Position numbers and translations under genes: made by a program | Shown: positions 18,764-26,890 of the stretch, in pieces | Layout: each line of letters begins with the position of its first letter | Position numbering within the stretch: position 1 is the stretch's first letter | Notes under the pieces: model-generated | Told to the model about the DNA's origin: nothing | The model's input: only the letters and a program-made list of their open reading frames with translations | Databases searched by the model: none | Assembly (NCBI GenBank): GCA_009777025.1 | Contig: WRMS01000003.1 | Span: forward strand, 1 to 36,176 | Direction: 5' to 3' | Source of the DNA: Clostridiales bacterium | GTDB taxonomy: Bacteria > Bacillota > Peptococcia > DRI-13 > UBA5745 | Length of the DNA stretch: 36,176 nucleotides

Positions 18764-18990
18764 CCGATGATTAAGAATAGTAATCATAACAGCGAAATCA
18801 CAGAGAGCCGCCGGCGGTGGGAATGCGGTATTTCAAATTATGATGAATGGGCTTAGGAGGGCAATCCAAAAGGCTTATGCCGAGTAGGCGTTGACGAAAA
18901 ATCCCGGTCGTTATACGGGAAGCGCATGATGGTGCGAACACATGGAGGTGGCTAACAGAAAACTTCTGTCCTTATGGGATGGGGGTTTTT
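18764..18990 (+). promoter_or_regulatory. T-box riboswitch, Trp (UGG) specifier, atypical antiterminator bulge
   Basis: CGATGA..AGTA, AGAGA box, GGTG loop and GAA-TGG specifier (18848-18850), then AGTA and CGTTA. T-box position reads GAGGTGGCTAAC. G.U-rich terminator ending GGGGGTTTTT. Upstream of trpS. Confidence 0.85.
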
Positions 18991-19078
18991 GTTATGTAAG
19001 CCCATTATCCGATTGCCATTGGCGTCAGGGTAATCATGAAAATCGGCGGCAGCCCATTTTAGAAAGAAGGTTATAGAG

Positions 19079-20062
19079 ATGAGAAAACGCATTCTAACAG
19101 GAGACAGGACAACCGGCAGGCTGCATCTCGGACATTATATCGGGAGTTTGCAAAACCGCGTCAGGCTTCAAGACGAATACGAAACCTTTATCTTGCTTGC
19201 GGACGTACAGGCGCTCACAACCCACTTCGATAAGCCGGAACTGATAAATGAAAGCATCTATGACGTCGCAATCGATAACTTGTCTGTCGGGCTTGATCCG
19301 GAGAAGGCCACGCTTGTTCAGCAATCTCAGGTTTCAGCAATCGCGGAGCTCACTGTTTTCTACTCTATGCTGGTGTCGGTCAATGCGCTCAGGCACAACC
19401 CGACGATTAAGACAGAGGCAAAGCAATATGGTTATGATGATCTATCGTATGGATTCTTAGGTTATCCTGTCAGTCAGGCAGCGGATATTACCTTCTGTAA
19501 TGCCGATCTTGTCCCGGTGGGGGATGACCAGTTGCCTCACATGGAACAAGCCCGGAAAATCGTACGCCGATTCAACGATCTCTATGGCGAAACCATTAAA
19601 ATCCCCAAAGAACTCTTAAGCAAAACACCCCGTCTGGCGGGGCTTGACGGAAACAGTAAAATGGGAAAGAGTTTAGGAAACGCCATCTATCTATCGGACG
19701 ATGAGAATACAGTCATAGATAAAGTGAAATCCGCATTGACGGATACCCATCGAATCGCCATTTCCGATAAAGGCAATCCGGATTTATGTATGGTCAGCCA
19801 ATACCAGAAATCTTTCAATGCGGAAGAATACGACAACATTTGCGAAATGTGCCGCGCCGCAGATATCGGCTGCGTCGCATGTAAAAAAGTACTGTATACA
19901 AAACTGAACGAGATCCTGGCTCCGATCCGTGAGCGCAGGACATTCTACGAGAATCGAAAAGAGGCTGTACGTGAAATGATTGTGACGGGCACGATGAAGG
20001 CGAACGAAATTGGCGCTGAAACCATGCAAAAAGTAAAGCACGCGATGAAGATCGCGTTATAG
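19079..20062 (+). CDS. trpS: Tryptophanyl-tRNA synthetase
   Basis: TGDRTTGRLHLGH (HIGH), YPVSQAADI, VPVGDDQ and KMGKS. Trp T-box upstream. Confidence 0.96.
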   Translation: MRKRILTGDRTTGRLHLGHYIGSLQNRVRLQDEYETFILLADVQALTTHFDKPELINESIYDVAIDNLSVGLDPEKATLVQQSQVSAIAELTVFYSMLVSVNALRHNPTIKTEAKQYGYDDLSYGFLGYPVSQAADITFCNADLVPVGDDQLPHMEQARKIVRRFNDLYGETIKIPKELLSKTPRLAGLDGNSKMGKSLGNAIYLSDDENTVIDKVKSALTDTHRIAISDKGNPDLCMVSQYQKSFNAEEYDNICEMCRAADIGCVACKKVLYTKLNEILAPIRERRTFYENRKEAVREMIVTGTMKANEIGAETMQKVKHAMKIAL

Positions 20063-20209
20063 TCGAAAAATATGGACAAGCGCATCTTATACGTACTATT
20101 GAAGACCACTACCAGACATTGGAGTATAATGGATCTATAGAATACAGCAAAATGACTGCGCATAATCGAGCCAATGGAATATCAGAAAAAATGGGAAGAT
20201 ATGTTGATC

Positions 20210-20650
20210 ATGAATTATGAACTAAAGGAAAATATATTAGCAGCGAAAGACTTCATAAAATTGCGCGATTCTGCGGGGTGGGGCGCTGCGCCGCCAGAGC
20301 ATCAAATTGAAGAGGCTCTAAAAAATTCACTTGTTACGATTTCTGCGGTTTTTGAAGGCCGGATCATAGGCATGGGAAGGCTTGTTGGCGATGGCATGAG
20401 TATTTGTTATGTACAGGAGATGATCATTTATCCCGAATATCAAGGAAAAGGAATTGGAAAAGCGATAATGGATAAACTGATCTCCTATATCATAAAGAAC
20501 GGTTTTACGAATACTTATGTCACAGTAGGACTTTTTTCTGCAAAGGGGAAAGAAGGGTTTTACAGTAAACTTGGTTTTGTAGAACGCCCTAATGAAAAAC
20601 GTGGCGCCGGAATGGAGTTGATTTTGAAAGTAGGTGATCGTGATGATTAG
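20210..20650 (+). CDS. GNAT N-acetyltransferase
   Basis: IGMGRLVGDG, PEYQGKGIGK and GFYSKLGF. Start is uncertain (20174/20201/20210). Confidence 0.85.
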   Translation: MNYELKENILAAKDFIKLRDSAGWGAAPPEHQIEEALKNSLVTISAVFEGRIIGMGRLVGDGMSICYVQEMIIYPEYQGKGIGKAIMDKLISYIIKNGFTNTYVTVGLFSAKGKEGFYSKLGFVERPNEKRGAGMELILKVGDRDD

Positions 20651-21152
20651 GATAATGACTTTGGCCGACGTGCCTCGTGTAGCGGAGATACATGTGTTTG
20701 GTTGGAGAGATGCGTATCGGGAGATCATTTCTGATGATTATTTATTCAACACTATGCTTGTATCAAAGCGCATGAAATATTTCGAGGAAGCTGTTGTCAA
20801 TAATTCGGAAGAAAGCTATGTGTTTGATGATGGAATTCTAAGGGCATTTATGACAATAGGCGCTTGCAGGGATACAGACAAGCCGGATTCGTTCGAGCTT
20901 TGGGGGATTTATGTTGACCCATTCATGCAGAAACATGGAATCGGCTCCAAAATGGTTGGCTATTGTGAAACGAAAGCTTCGGAGAGGGGTTTTAGTGAGA
21001 TATATTTATGGGTGCTTGAGAAAAATGTGAAAGCCATTACTTTTTATGAAAAGTTGGGCTATGTACCGGACGGTTCGGCGAAAACCAGTGACCATCTTCC
21101 GGTCAGTGAGTTAAGATATGTAAAGCATCTATACCAGCAAAGTTCCACATAA
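20643..21152 (+). CDS. GNAT N-acetyltransferase
   Basis: IYVDPFMQKHGIGS and LWVLEKNVKAITFYEKLGY. Overlaps the upstream GNAT. Confidence 0.87.
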   Translation: MIRIMTLADVPRVAEIHVFGWRDAYREIISDDYLFNTMLVSKRMKYFEEAVVNNSEESYVFDDGILRAFMTIGACRDTDKPDSFELWGIYVDPFMQKHGIGSKMVGYCETKASERGFSEIYLWVLEKNVKAITFYEKLGYVPDGSAKTSDHLPVSELRYVKHLYQQSST

Positions 21153-21291
21153 AGTAGAACACAGATGGAATTTCGAAAAAGATTTCCTGGTAATAAATTC
21201 ATTTGCGTATGGAGTCATGCGCATCGCCGTTGTATTCGCTCCTGATTTGCTCCGCAGCCGGTACGTTTCATTAGCTAGAGCGGACGCGCCC

Positions 21292-21405
21292 TTGCCACTA
21301 CGATACCAAGATCCCGGGATGAAGAGCCTCGCAGTGAGGGAGTGGGAATGCCCGGGGTGCGGGACGCGCCACGACCGCGACCAAAACGCAGCGGCGAGCA
21401 TCCTG
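21292..21405 (+). mobile_element. tnpB: Remnant of IS200/IS605 TnpB (C-terminal Zn finger / RuvC-III)
   Basis: KSLAVREWECPGCGTRHDRDQNAAASIL matches the TnpB CPxCG..HDRDxNAAxNI motif. GC-rich patch within AT-rich DNA. The rest of the gene is missing. Confidence 0.8.
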
Positions 21406-21467
21406 CACAACAATAATAGTTGCAAATAATCGGTTCAAGTACAAAAGTGGTGTATCAGTAGAGGATC

Positions 21468-22058
21468 TTGACGAATAACTTGAGTAAAAACAGAAATTGG
21501 ACAGTCCTCTTAGTCGGCGGAGCATCCGGAACGGGTAAATCCTGTTTCGCGAAGGCAATAGCTCGTCACTACGGGATAAGTGTTCTGGAAATCGATGATA
21601 TTAACCAATCCTTAAAAGCGATGACTACGAAGGATACGTTGCCAGCCATGCATTACTTTAGTACCGGTCTGGACTGGATGAACATTGGCGTTTCGGAAAA
21701 CGTGAACTGGCTTATACGTGTCAGCAAGGAAATGATACCCGCACTTACGGCAATAATTAAACGGCATCTGGAGGACGATGTCCCCATCATTATGGAAGGC
21801 GACTTTCTTTGTCCTGATCTTGCGGCAAGCTTTAGTGGAAGTGAGGTTAAATCGTTGTTTATTATGGAGCGGGACAAAAATCAGATATTGCAGAATTTGA
21901 TGAATAGAGAAGGCGGCAGTCCGCAGCACTCTAGAGCCGACATAAGCATTGCCTATGGGGAATGGCTAACTGAGGTATGCAAAAAGAAAGGGATAAATGT
22001 CATTGAATCGAGACCATGGAATAATGCATTAAGCAGGGCATTGGAATATCTGGAATAA
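21468..22058 (+). CDS. P-loop kinase (2-phosphoglycerate-kinase-like)
   Basis: VLLVGGASGTGKS Walker A and IIMEGDFL. TTG start after GAGGA. Confidence 0.75.
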   Translation: MTNNLSKNRNWTVLLVGGASGTGKSCFAKAIARHYGISVLEIDDINQSLKAMTTKDTLPAMHYFSTGLDWMNIGVSENVNWLIRVSKEMIPALTAIIKRHLEDDVPIIMEGDFLCPDLAASFSGSEVKSLFIMERDKNQILQNLMNREGGSPQHSRADISIAYGEWLTEVCKKKGINVIESRPWNNALSRALEYLE

Positions 22059-22110
22059 CGAGGACGTTGTATTGCTATCGCTGAACCGGACACAACGCAA
22101 GACTTAATAA

Positions 22111-22139
22111 TTGTCATTTGCAGCCGAATAGTGTATAGT
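22111..22139 (+). promoter_or_regulatory. Sigma-A promoter of the antitoxin gene
   Basis: TTGTCA-17 nt-TATAGT. Confidence 0.55.
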
Positions 22140-22181
22140 ATTGGCAAGTAAGGAATCCAATGAATTTAAAAAGGAGATCCC

Positions 22182-22445
22182 ATGGAACTGGCAAAAATAA
22201 CGTCAAAAGGACAGATTACCCTTCCAATCAATATCAGGCGCACACTCAAGCTTAACGATGGCGATAAGGTTGCCTTTATCGAAAAAGACGGCCAGTATGT
22301 GGTCATCAACCCTACAATGCTCGCATTCGAGAATGCGCAGAAAGCATTCGAGGGGGAGGTTGAACGGCTTGGTCTCAGAGATGTTGATGATGTTGTGTCC
22401 TTGGTCAAGGAGGTTAGGGCTGAACGGAAAGCGACGCAGGCATGA
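22182..22445 (+). CDS. AbrB/MazE/SpoVT-family DNA-binding protein (antitoxin-like)
   Basis: MELAKITSKGQITLPINIRRTLKLNDGDKVAF. RBS AAGGAG. Confidence 0.9.
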   Translation: MELAKITSKGQITLPINIRRTLKLNDGDKVAFIEKDGQYVVINPTMLAFENAQKAFEGEVERLGLRDVDDVVSLVKEVRAERKATQA

Positions 22446-22465
22446 GAGTGATGCCTGATATCAAC
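22442..22465 (+). pseudogene. Truncated start of a PIN-domain toxin
   Basis: ATGA overlap with the antitoxin stop. MRVMPDIN resembles the PIN N-terminus MRVMLDTN, then similarity ends. Confidence 0.5.
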
Positions 22466-22546
22466 CAAGACATAAGCTGCCGGGCTGTCTGGTATTTTAG
22501 TTATCATCAAATGGCTTGAACTGAAACGATGAAGAGATGAAGAAAA

Positions 22547-24175
22547 ATGAAGAAATTACCGCTTGGAATACAGAATTTCAACGAAATGATCACAGGGGAT
22601 TATGTGTATGTCGATAAAACCCGGGACATTTATAATCTCATCAGAGGTGCGAAATATTACTTTCTATCCCGCCCGAGGAGATTCGGGAAATCCCTGCTCC
22701 TTGACACGATCGGCGAGGTCTTTCAGGGTAACAGGGAACTCTTCAAAGGACTTTGGATAGACGACTCCGATTATGATTTCGCCAAGCATCCGGTGATCCG
22801 CCTCGATATGAGCAATATCCCCAATAAAACGCCGGATATATTGGAGCGTTCTCTTTTCGAAGAATTGAATGCCTGTATTCAGCGAGAAAAAATGAATGTA
22901 AGCGGAACAGAGTCCGCTGTTCTTTTTAAGCGCCTGATCGAAAACTTGCGGGAGAAATACAATCAAAGGGTCGTCGTACTCATCGACGAGTATGACAAAC
23001 CGATACTCGACCACATCGACGATAGGGAGACTGCTGAAGCCAACAAGAAAGTCATCCGGGAATTCTACGGTATCCTCAAGTCGATGGATCCCTATCTCCG
23101 GTTCAGCTTCTTTACAGGGGTGTCGAAGTTCACGAAAACTTCCCTGTTTTCCGAACTTAACAATTTGAAAGATATCACTCTGGATGAAGACTACACAAAT
23201 ATATGCGGCATTCCTATCAATAGCCTCGACTACTATTTCGGCGAACATATCAAGAACCTGGAGAAGCATAAAAGGTTTAAAGATATTCACAATATCCGGG
23301 AAAGAATACTGGCGTGGTACGACGGCTACTCATGGGACGGGGAAACAAAGCTGTTAAACCCCTTTTCGCTCCTCAGTTTTCTCGATCAAAAAAAGTTTTC
23401 TGCGTTTTGGTACGCCAGCGGTACGCCAAGGTTTCTACTGGACTACATCAAGAAGCAGCCGGAATCGTTTTCCGGCCTTAAAAACGCGGAGATTACAGAA
23501 AACATGCTGGATGCGGTAAATCTAGACAATATTATGGTAAGCTCCATGCTCTTTCAAACCGGTTATCTTACGGTGAAGGAAATACCGACCACACAGCACA
23601 CGCCTGTCTATCTGGTGGACATTCCGAACTTTGAAGTCAGGGACGCGTTTAACCATCACGTCCTGTCGTCTCTCATAGAAAGAGACGACGAGTACACGGG
23701 GCGCGCAAAACTGGCCATAGACAGGGCGCTCCGGACGAGCGACCTGCAGCAGATGCTTACCATACTGCGGGGGCTATTCGCTTCTATCCCATACGAACTC
23801 CACGTAGACGCCGAAGCGTACTACCATTCCATATTCTACGCCGTGATGACGGTACTCGGGTTTGACATAGACGCCGAAGTCTCCGTATCCACGGGCAGGG
23901 TGGACGCTGTACTCGATCTTGACGATAAAGTGTACATCATAGAGTTTAAATTTGAACGCTGCCCTGCTAATGCAAGCGAAGAAGACCGGCAAAAACACTT
24001 CGATCAGGCTTTAAGCAAAGCAATGGATCAGATCAAAGACAGGGGTTATCACAAAAAGTACGCGGGAACCGGAAAAACAGTGTATCTGGCGGCTTTCGCA
24101 TTCCTCGGCAGGGACGATATCGAGATGCGGTGTGAACAGGACGTCGCGAAGCACTTGGATCGAGGTTCGATATAA
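22547..24175 (+). CDS. AAA-ATPase-like protein with C-terminal PD-(D/E)XK nuclease domain
   Basis: LPLGIQNF, YVDKT, SRPRRFGKSL, LIDEYDKP, WYDGY and EAYYHS, then EVS..GRVD..IIEFK. Confidence 0.9.
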   Translation: MKKLPLGIQNFNEMITGDYVYVDKTRDIYNLIRGAKYYFLSRPRRFGKSLLLDTIGEVFQGNRELFKGLWIDDSDYDFAKHPVIRLDMSNIPNKTPDILERSLFEELNACIQREKMNVSGTESAVLFKRLIENLREKYNQRVVVLIDEYDKPILDHIDDRETAEANKKVIREFYGILKSMDPYLRFSFFTGVSKFTKTSLFSELNNLKDITLDEDYTNICGIPINSLDYYFGEHIKNLEKHKRFKDIHNIRERILAWYDGYSWDGETKLLNPFSLLSFLDQKKFSAFWYASGTPRFLLDYIKKQPESFSGLKNAEITENMLDAVNLDNIMVSSMLFQTGYLTVKEIPTTQHTPVYLVDIPNFEVRDAFNHHVLSSLIERDDEYTGRAKLAIDRALRTSDLQQMLTILRGLFASIPYELHVDAEAYYHSIFYAVMTVLGFDIDAEVSVSTGRVDAVLDLDDKVYIIEFKFERCPANASEEDRQKHFDQALSKAMDQIKDRGYHKKYAGTGKTVYLAAFAFLGRDDIEMRCEQDVAKHLDRGSI

Positions 24176-24186
24176 AAATGATATAA

Positions 24187-24215
24187 TTGACAAAGCCTTA
24201 TGCGGTTGATATAAT
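24187..24215 (+). promoter_or_regulatory. Consensus sigma-A promoter of the yceD-rpmF-plsX operon
   Basis: TTGACA-17 nt-TATAAT with extended -10 TG. Confidence 0.85.
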
Positions 24216-24252
24216 GACGCTTGATGTTTTTGAGACAAGGTCGGGAATTCCT

Positions 24253-24726
24253 ATGATTGCAGAAATCGGCCGGTTAAGGGACGATCCGGGAGAGTTTACG
24301 GATTATGACTTTGTGTTTGTTCCGGCGGACAGTGGAGAAGATTGCATACTGCTTACCTCGGTTCATTTTACCGGAGCAATGACCTATGGCGGCACTGCAT
24401 TTCTGCTCAAAGGTAAATTGTCCGCCCGTGTGCAGTTGCCTTGCAGTCGCTGTTTAACGCCTGTTGAAGAAAAACTGGACATCGATTTTGATGAAGAGTT
24501 TGATGAGCAGGAGTACCCCGATGAGGATGCGGTAATCGATTTGGAAGATATTGCCTCTGAGATATGGATTACTTCGATCCCCATGCAGGTGCTATGCCGC
24601 GAGGACTGCAAAGGCTTATGTTCGCTATGTGGCAAAAATCTGAATGAAGGCGAATGTGATTGCCTCACAGAAAGCATAGATCCAAGGCTGGAGATCCTGC
24701 GGGATCTGATCAAACCGCAGGATTAA
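24253..24726 (+). CDS. yceD: DUF177/YceD 23S rRNA accumulation protein
   Basis: CSRCL, PMQVLCREDCKGLCSLCGKNLN and IDPRL. Upstream of rpmF. The start must lie downstream of the promoter. Confidence 0.9.
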   Translation: MIAEIGRLRDDPGEFTDYDFVFVPADSGEDCILLTSVHFTGAMTYGGTAFLLKGKLSARVQLPCSRCLTPVEEKLDIDFDEEFDEQEYPDEDAVIDLEDIASEIWITSIPMQVLCREDCKGLCSLCGKNLNEGECDCLTESIDPRLEILRDLIKPQD

Positions 24727-24909
24727 GGCGGACGACGCAGACAACACAGATAACGCCGTATGGCGGAATAAGAACAAGCTGTTAAGTCTGGCGAAGGAAT
24801 TATTTTGCCAGACAAGGCGTCAAGGAAGGCCGTCGAAGGAGTGTATCCAAACATACATGACTGAGGCGGACGACGCAGACAACGCCGTATGGCGGAATAA
24901 GAACAAGCC
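24726..24909 (+). repeat. Structured ~130-bp element (one full unit plus duplicated 3' end) between yceD and rpmF
   Basis: AACGCCGTATGGCGGAATAAGAACAAGC at 24752 and 24881 (129 bp apart). Homologous to 26235-26529. Confidence 0.9.
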
Positions 24910-24927
24910 AGAAAGGATTGGATTGAA

Positions 24928-25116
24928 ATGGGCGTACAACAACACCGTCACTCGAAAGCCAGGGTACGGAGGAGCCGCGCGGTGGTCATGAAAATGCAGA
25001 CCCCCAAATTCGTGGAATGCCCCAAGTGTCATGAGTTTAAGATGCCTCATCGACTCTGTCCGTCGTGCGGTTATTATAATGACCGTATCACGGTTCCGGT
25101 TAAGAACGAGGACTGA
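24928..25116 (+). CDS. rpmF: 50S ribosomal protein L32 (Zn-binding type)
   Basis: RHSKAR..RR, CPKC and HRLCPSCGYY. Synteny with yceD and plsX. Confidence 0.95.
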   Translation: MGVQQHRHSKARVRRSRAVVMKMQTPKFVECPKCHEFKMPHRLCPSCGYYNDRITVPVKNED

Positions 25117-25134
25117 CAACTAAAGGGGAAACGG

Positions 25135-26121
25135 ATGAAGATCGCTTTGGACGTCATGGGCGGCGATCGCGCGCCGGATGAAATCCTGATCGGCGCCAAG
25201 GAAGCCTTAACTTCATTGGAAGAATTAGAATTGCTACTTGTCGGGGACAGGGGAGCCATATTGCAACTCTGGCCTGAGGCGGAGTCAAATCCCAGAACCG
25301 AGATCGTGCATTGTACGGAAGTCATCGAAATGCAGGAATCTCCGGCGGCCGCATACCGCAGAAAGAAAGACGCTTCTATCACGATCGCCTCAAGACTGGT
25401 GAGGGATCAGGAAGCGGAAGCGGTGGTTTCCGCCGGAAGTACAGGCGCTCAACTGGTGGCGGGCTTATTTGAGCTTGGACGCATGGAAGGCGTTGCCCGT
25501 CCGGCGATTGCCACATGTATACCGACGCTGCGAGGGCCGAGAGTGATGTTGGACGTCGGCGCGAATACGGACTCCTCTACGGAGAATCTCCGGCAATTCA
25601 GCTGGTTGGGAAAGATTTACTGCGAGATTGCGCTGGGCATTCGAAATCCAAGAGTCTACTTATTGAGTAACGGCACAGAGCAAGAAAAAGGAAACGAGTT
25701 GACGGTCAATACCTATCAGGTTCTGATGGCGGAAGAAGGCTTGGGTTTCTGTGGTAGCATTGAAGGCAGAGACTTGTTCAACGGAGAAGCGGACGTCATC
25801 GTTACGGATGGTTTTGCCGGCAATGTTGCGCTTAAGACCATGGAAGGAACTGCAGAAGCGCTGTTTACGATGATGAAAGAAGCATTTCGGAAGAGTGCGC
25901 GCAGTAAGCTTGGCGCCTTCCTGCTCATGCCGGCGCTGAAGAAAGTCAAGAACAGTCTGGACTATGAGGAAATCGGCGGCGCCCCTTTGCTTGGCGTCAG
26001 AGGACTCAGCGTAGTATGTCACGGCAGTTCCGGCGCAAAAGCGATTTGCGCGGCGCTGATCAAGACAGCCCAATGGATCGAATCCGGGCTGCAGGAGAAA
26101 CTGGCCGCCAATAAATTTTAA
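25135..26121 (+). CDS. plsX: Phosphate acyltransferase PlsX
   Basis: IALDVMGGDRAP, SAGSTGA, LDVGAN, VTDGFAGN, GGAPLLG and CHGSS. Confidence 0.96.
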   Translation: MKIALDVMGGDRAPDEILIGAKEALTSLEELELLLVGDRGAILQLWPEAESNPRTEIVHCTEVIEMQESPAAAYRRKKDASITIASRLVRDQEAEAVVSAGSTGAQLVAGLFELGRMEGVARPAIATCIPTLRGPRVMLDVGANTDSSTENLRQFSWLGKIYCEIALGIRNPRVYLLSNGTEQEKGNELTVNTYQVLMAEEGLGFCGSIEGRDLFNGEADVIVTDGFAGNVALKTMEGTAEALFTMMKEAFRKSARSKLGAFLLMPALKKVKNSLDYEEIGGAPLLGVRGLSVVCHGSSGAKAICAALIKTAQWIESGLQEKLAANKF

Positions 26122-26161
26122 TGAAATAATCGGATTCCGGTCAAAAACAAGCCGGAAAGTA

Positions 26162-26190
26162 TTGACCGATGCATAGCAACTTGTTATTCT
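26162..26190 (+). promoter_or_regulatory. Putative internal sigma-A promoter upstream of the repeats and acpP
   Basis: TTGACC-17 nt-TATTCT with extended -10 TG. Confidence 0.55.
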
Positions 26191-26234
26191 GAATTGAAGC
26201 AAATGCAAAACGATGACACACCGTATGGTGTAAA

Positions 26235-26529
26235 GCAGACAACGCCGTATGGCGGAAAAAGAGCAAGCCGTTTAAGTTTGGCGAAGAAGTTTTTTCGCCA
26301 GACAAGGCGTCAAGGAAGGTCGGTGAAGGAGTGTATTCAGACATACATGACTGAACCGAACGACGCAGACAACGCCGTATGGCGGAAAAAGAGCAAGCCG
26401 TTTAAGTTTGGCGAAGAAGTTTTTTCGCCAGACAAGGCGTCAAGGAAGGTCGGTGAAGGAGTGTATCCAGACATACATGACTGAACCGAACGACGCAGAC
26501 AACGCCGTATGGCGGAAAAAGAGCAAGCC
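26235..26529 (+). repeat. Head-to-tail tandem of the 130-bp structured element (2 units plus 35 bp); Clostridiales-1-RNA-like
   Basis: GCAGACAACGCCGTATGGCGGAAAAAGAGCAAGCC at 26235, 26365 and 26495. The two units differ by one base (tattcag vs tatccag, in the apical loop). Confidence 0.93.
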
Positions 26530-26544
26530 AAAGGGGGTGGCGAT

Positions 26545-26775
26545 GTGAGCTTATCTGACCAAATCAAATCTATTTTGTCCGCCCATTTAAGCGTTGAGCC
26601 GGATGATTTGACTGATGGCACGAGTTTTGACGATCTGAACGCGGACTCCTTGGATGTGGTGGAAATTATTATGGCGCTGGAAGAGGAATTTGACATTGAG
26701 ATTCCTGATGAGGACGCCGAAAAAATACGTACAGTCGGAGACGTCACGGAATATATCAAAGAGCGCATCAACTAG
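26545..26775 (+). CDS. acpP: Acyl carrier protein
   Basis: [35 protein letters not shown] start after AGGGGGTG. Confidence 0.96.
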   Translation: MSLSDQIKSILSAHLSVEPDDLTDGTSFDDLNADSLDVVEIIMALEEEFDIEIPDEDAEKIRTVGDVTEYIKERIN

Positions 26776-26790
26776 CAGGCAAGGTTTTTA

Positions 26791-26831
26791 CCGCCTCTTG
26801 ACACCTTTTCCAGTGCAGGAGGCGGTTTTTA
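26791..26831 (+). terminator. Intrinsic terminator-like hairpin after acpP
   Basis: CCGCCTCTTG...CAGGAGGCGG followed by TTTTT. Confidence 0.65.
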
Positions 26832-26890
26832 CATTATAGGAAACGCATGGGTATGGGCGAAGCTCACCTTAGAGAACAGAAGGAAAAAGA

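Noticed and set aside
16140-22500. Integron-like cassette array
   Set aside because: No integrase and no recurring attC-like RYYYAAC...GTTRRRY sites. Mixed orientations with core trpS inside.
26194-26484. 96-aa ORF, and the N-terminal extension of ACP from 26509
   Set aside because: These are translations of the tandem repeat. ACP has its own SD before GTG 26545.
26235-26529. Three 35-bp direct repeats as a CRISPR array
   Set aside because: The intervening 95-bp segments are essentially identical and too long, and there are no cas genes. It is a tandem duplication.
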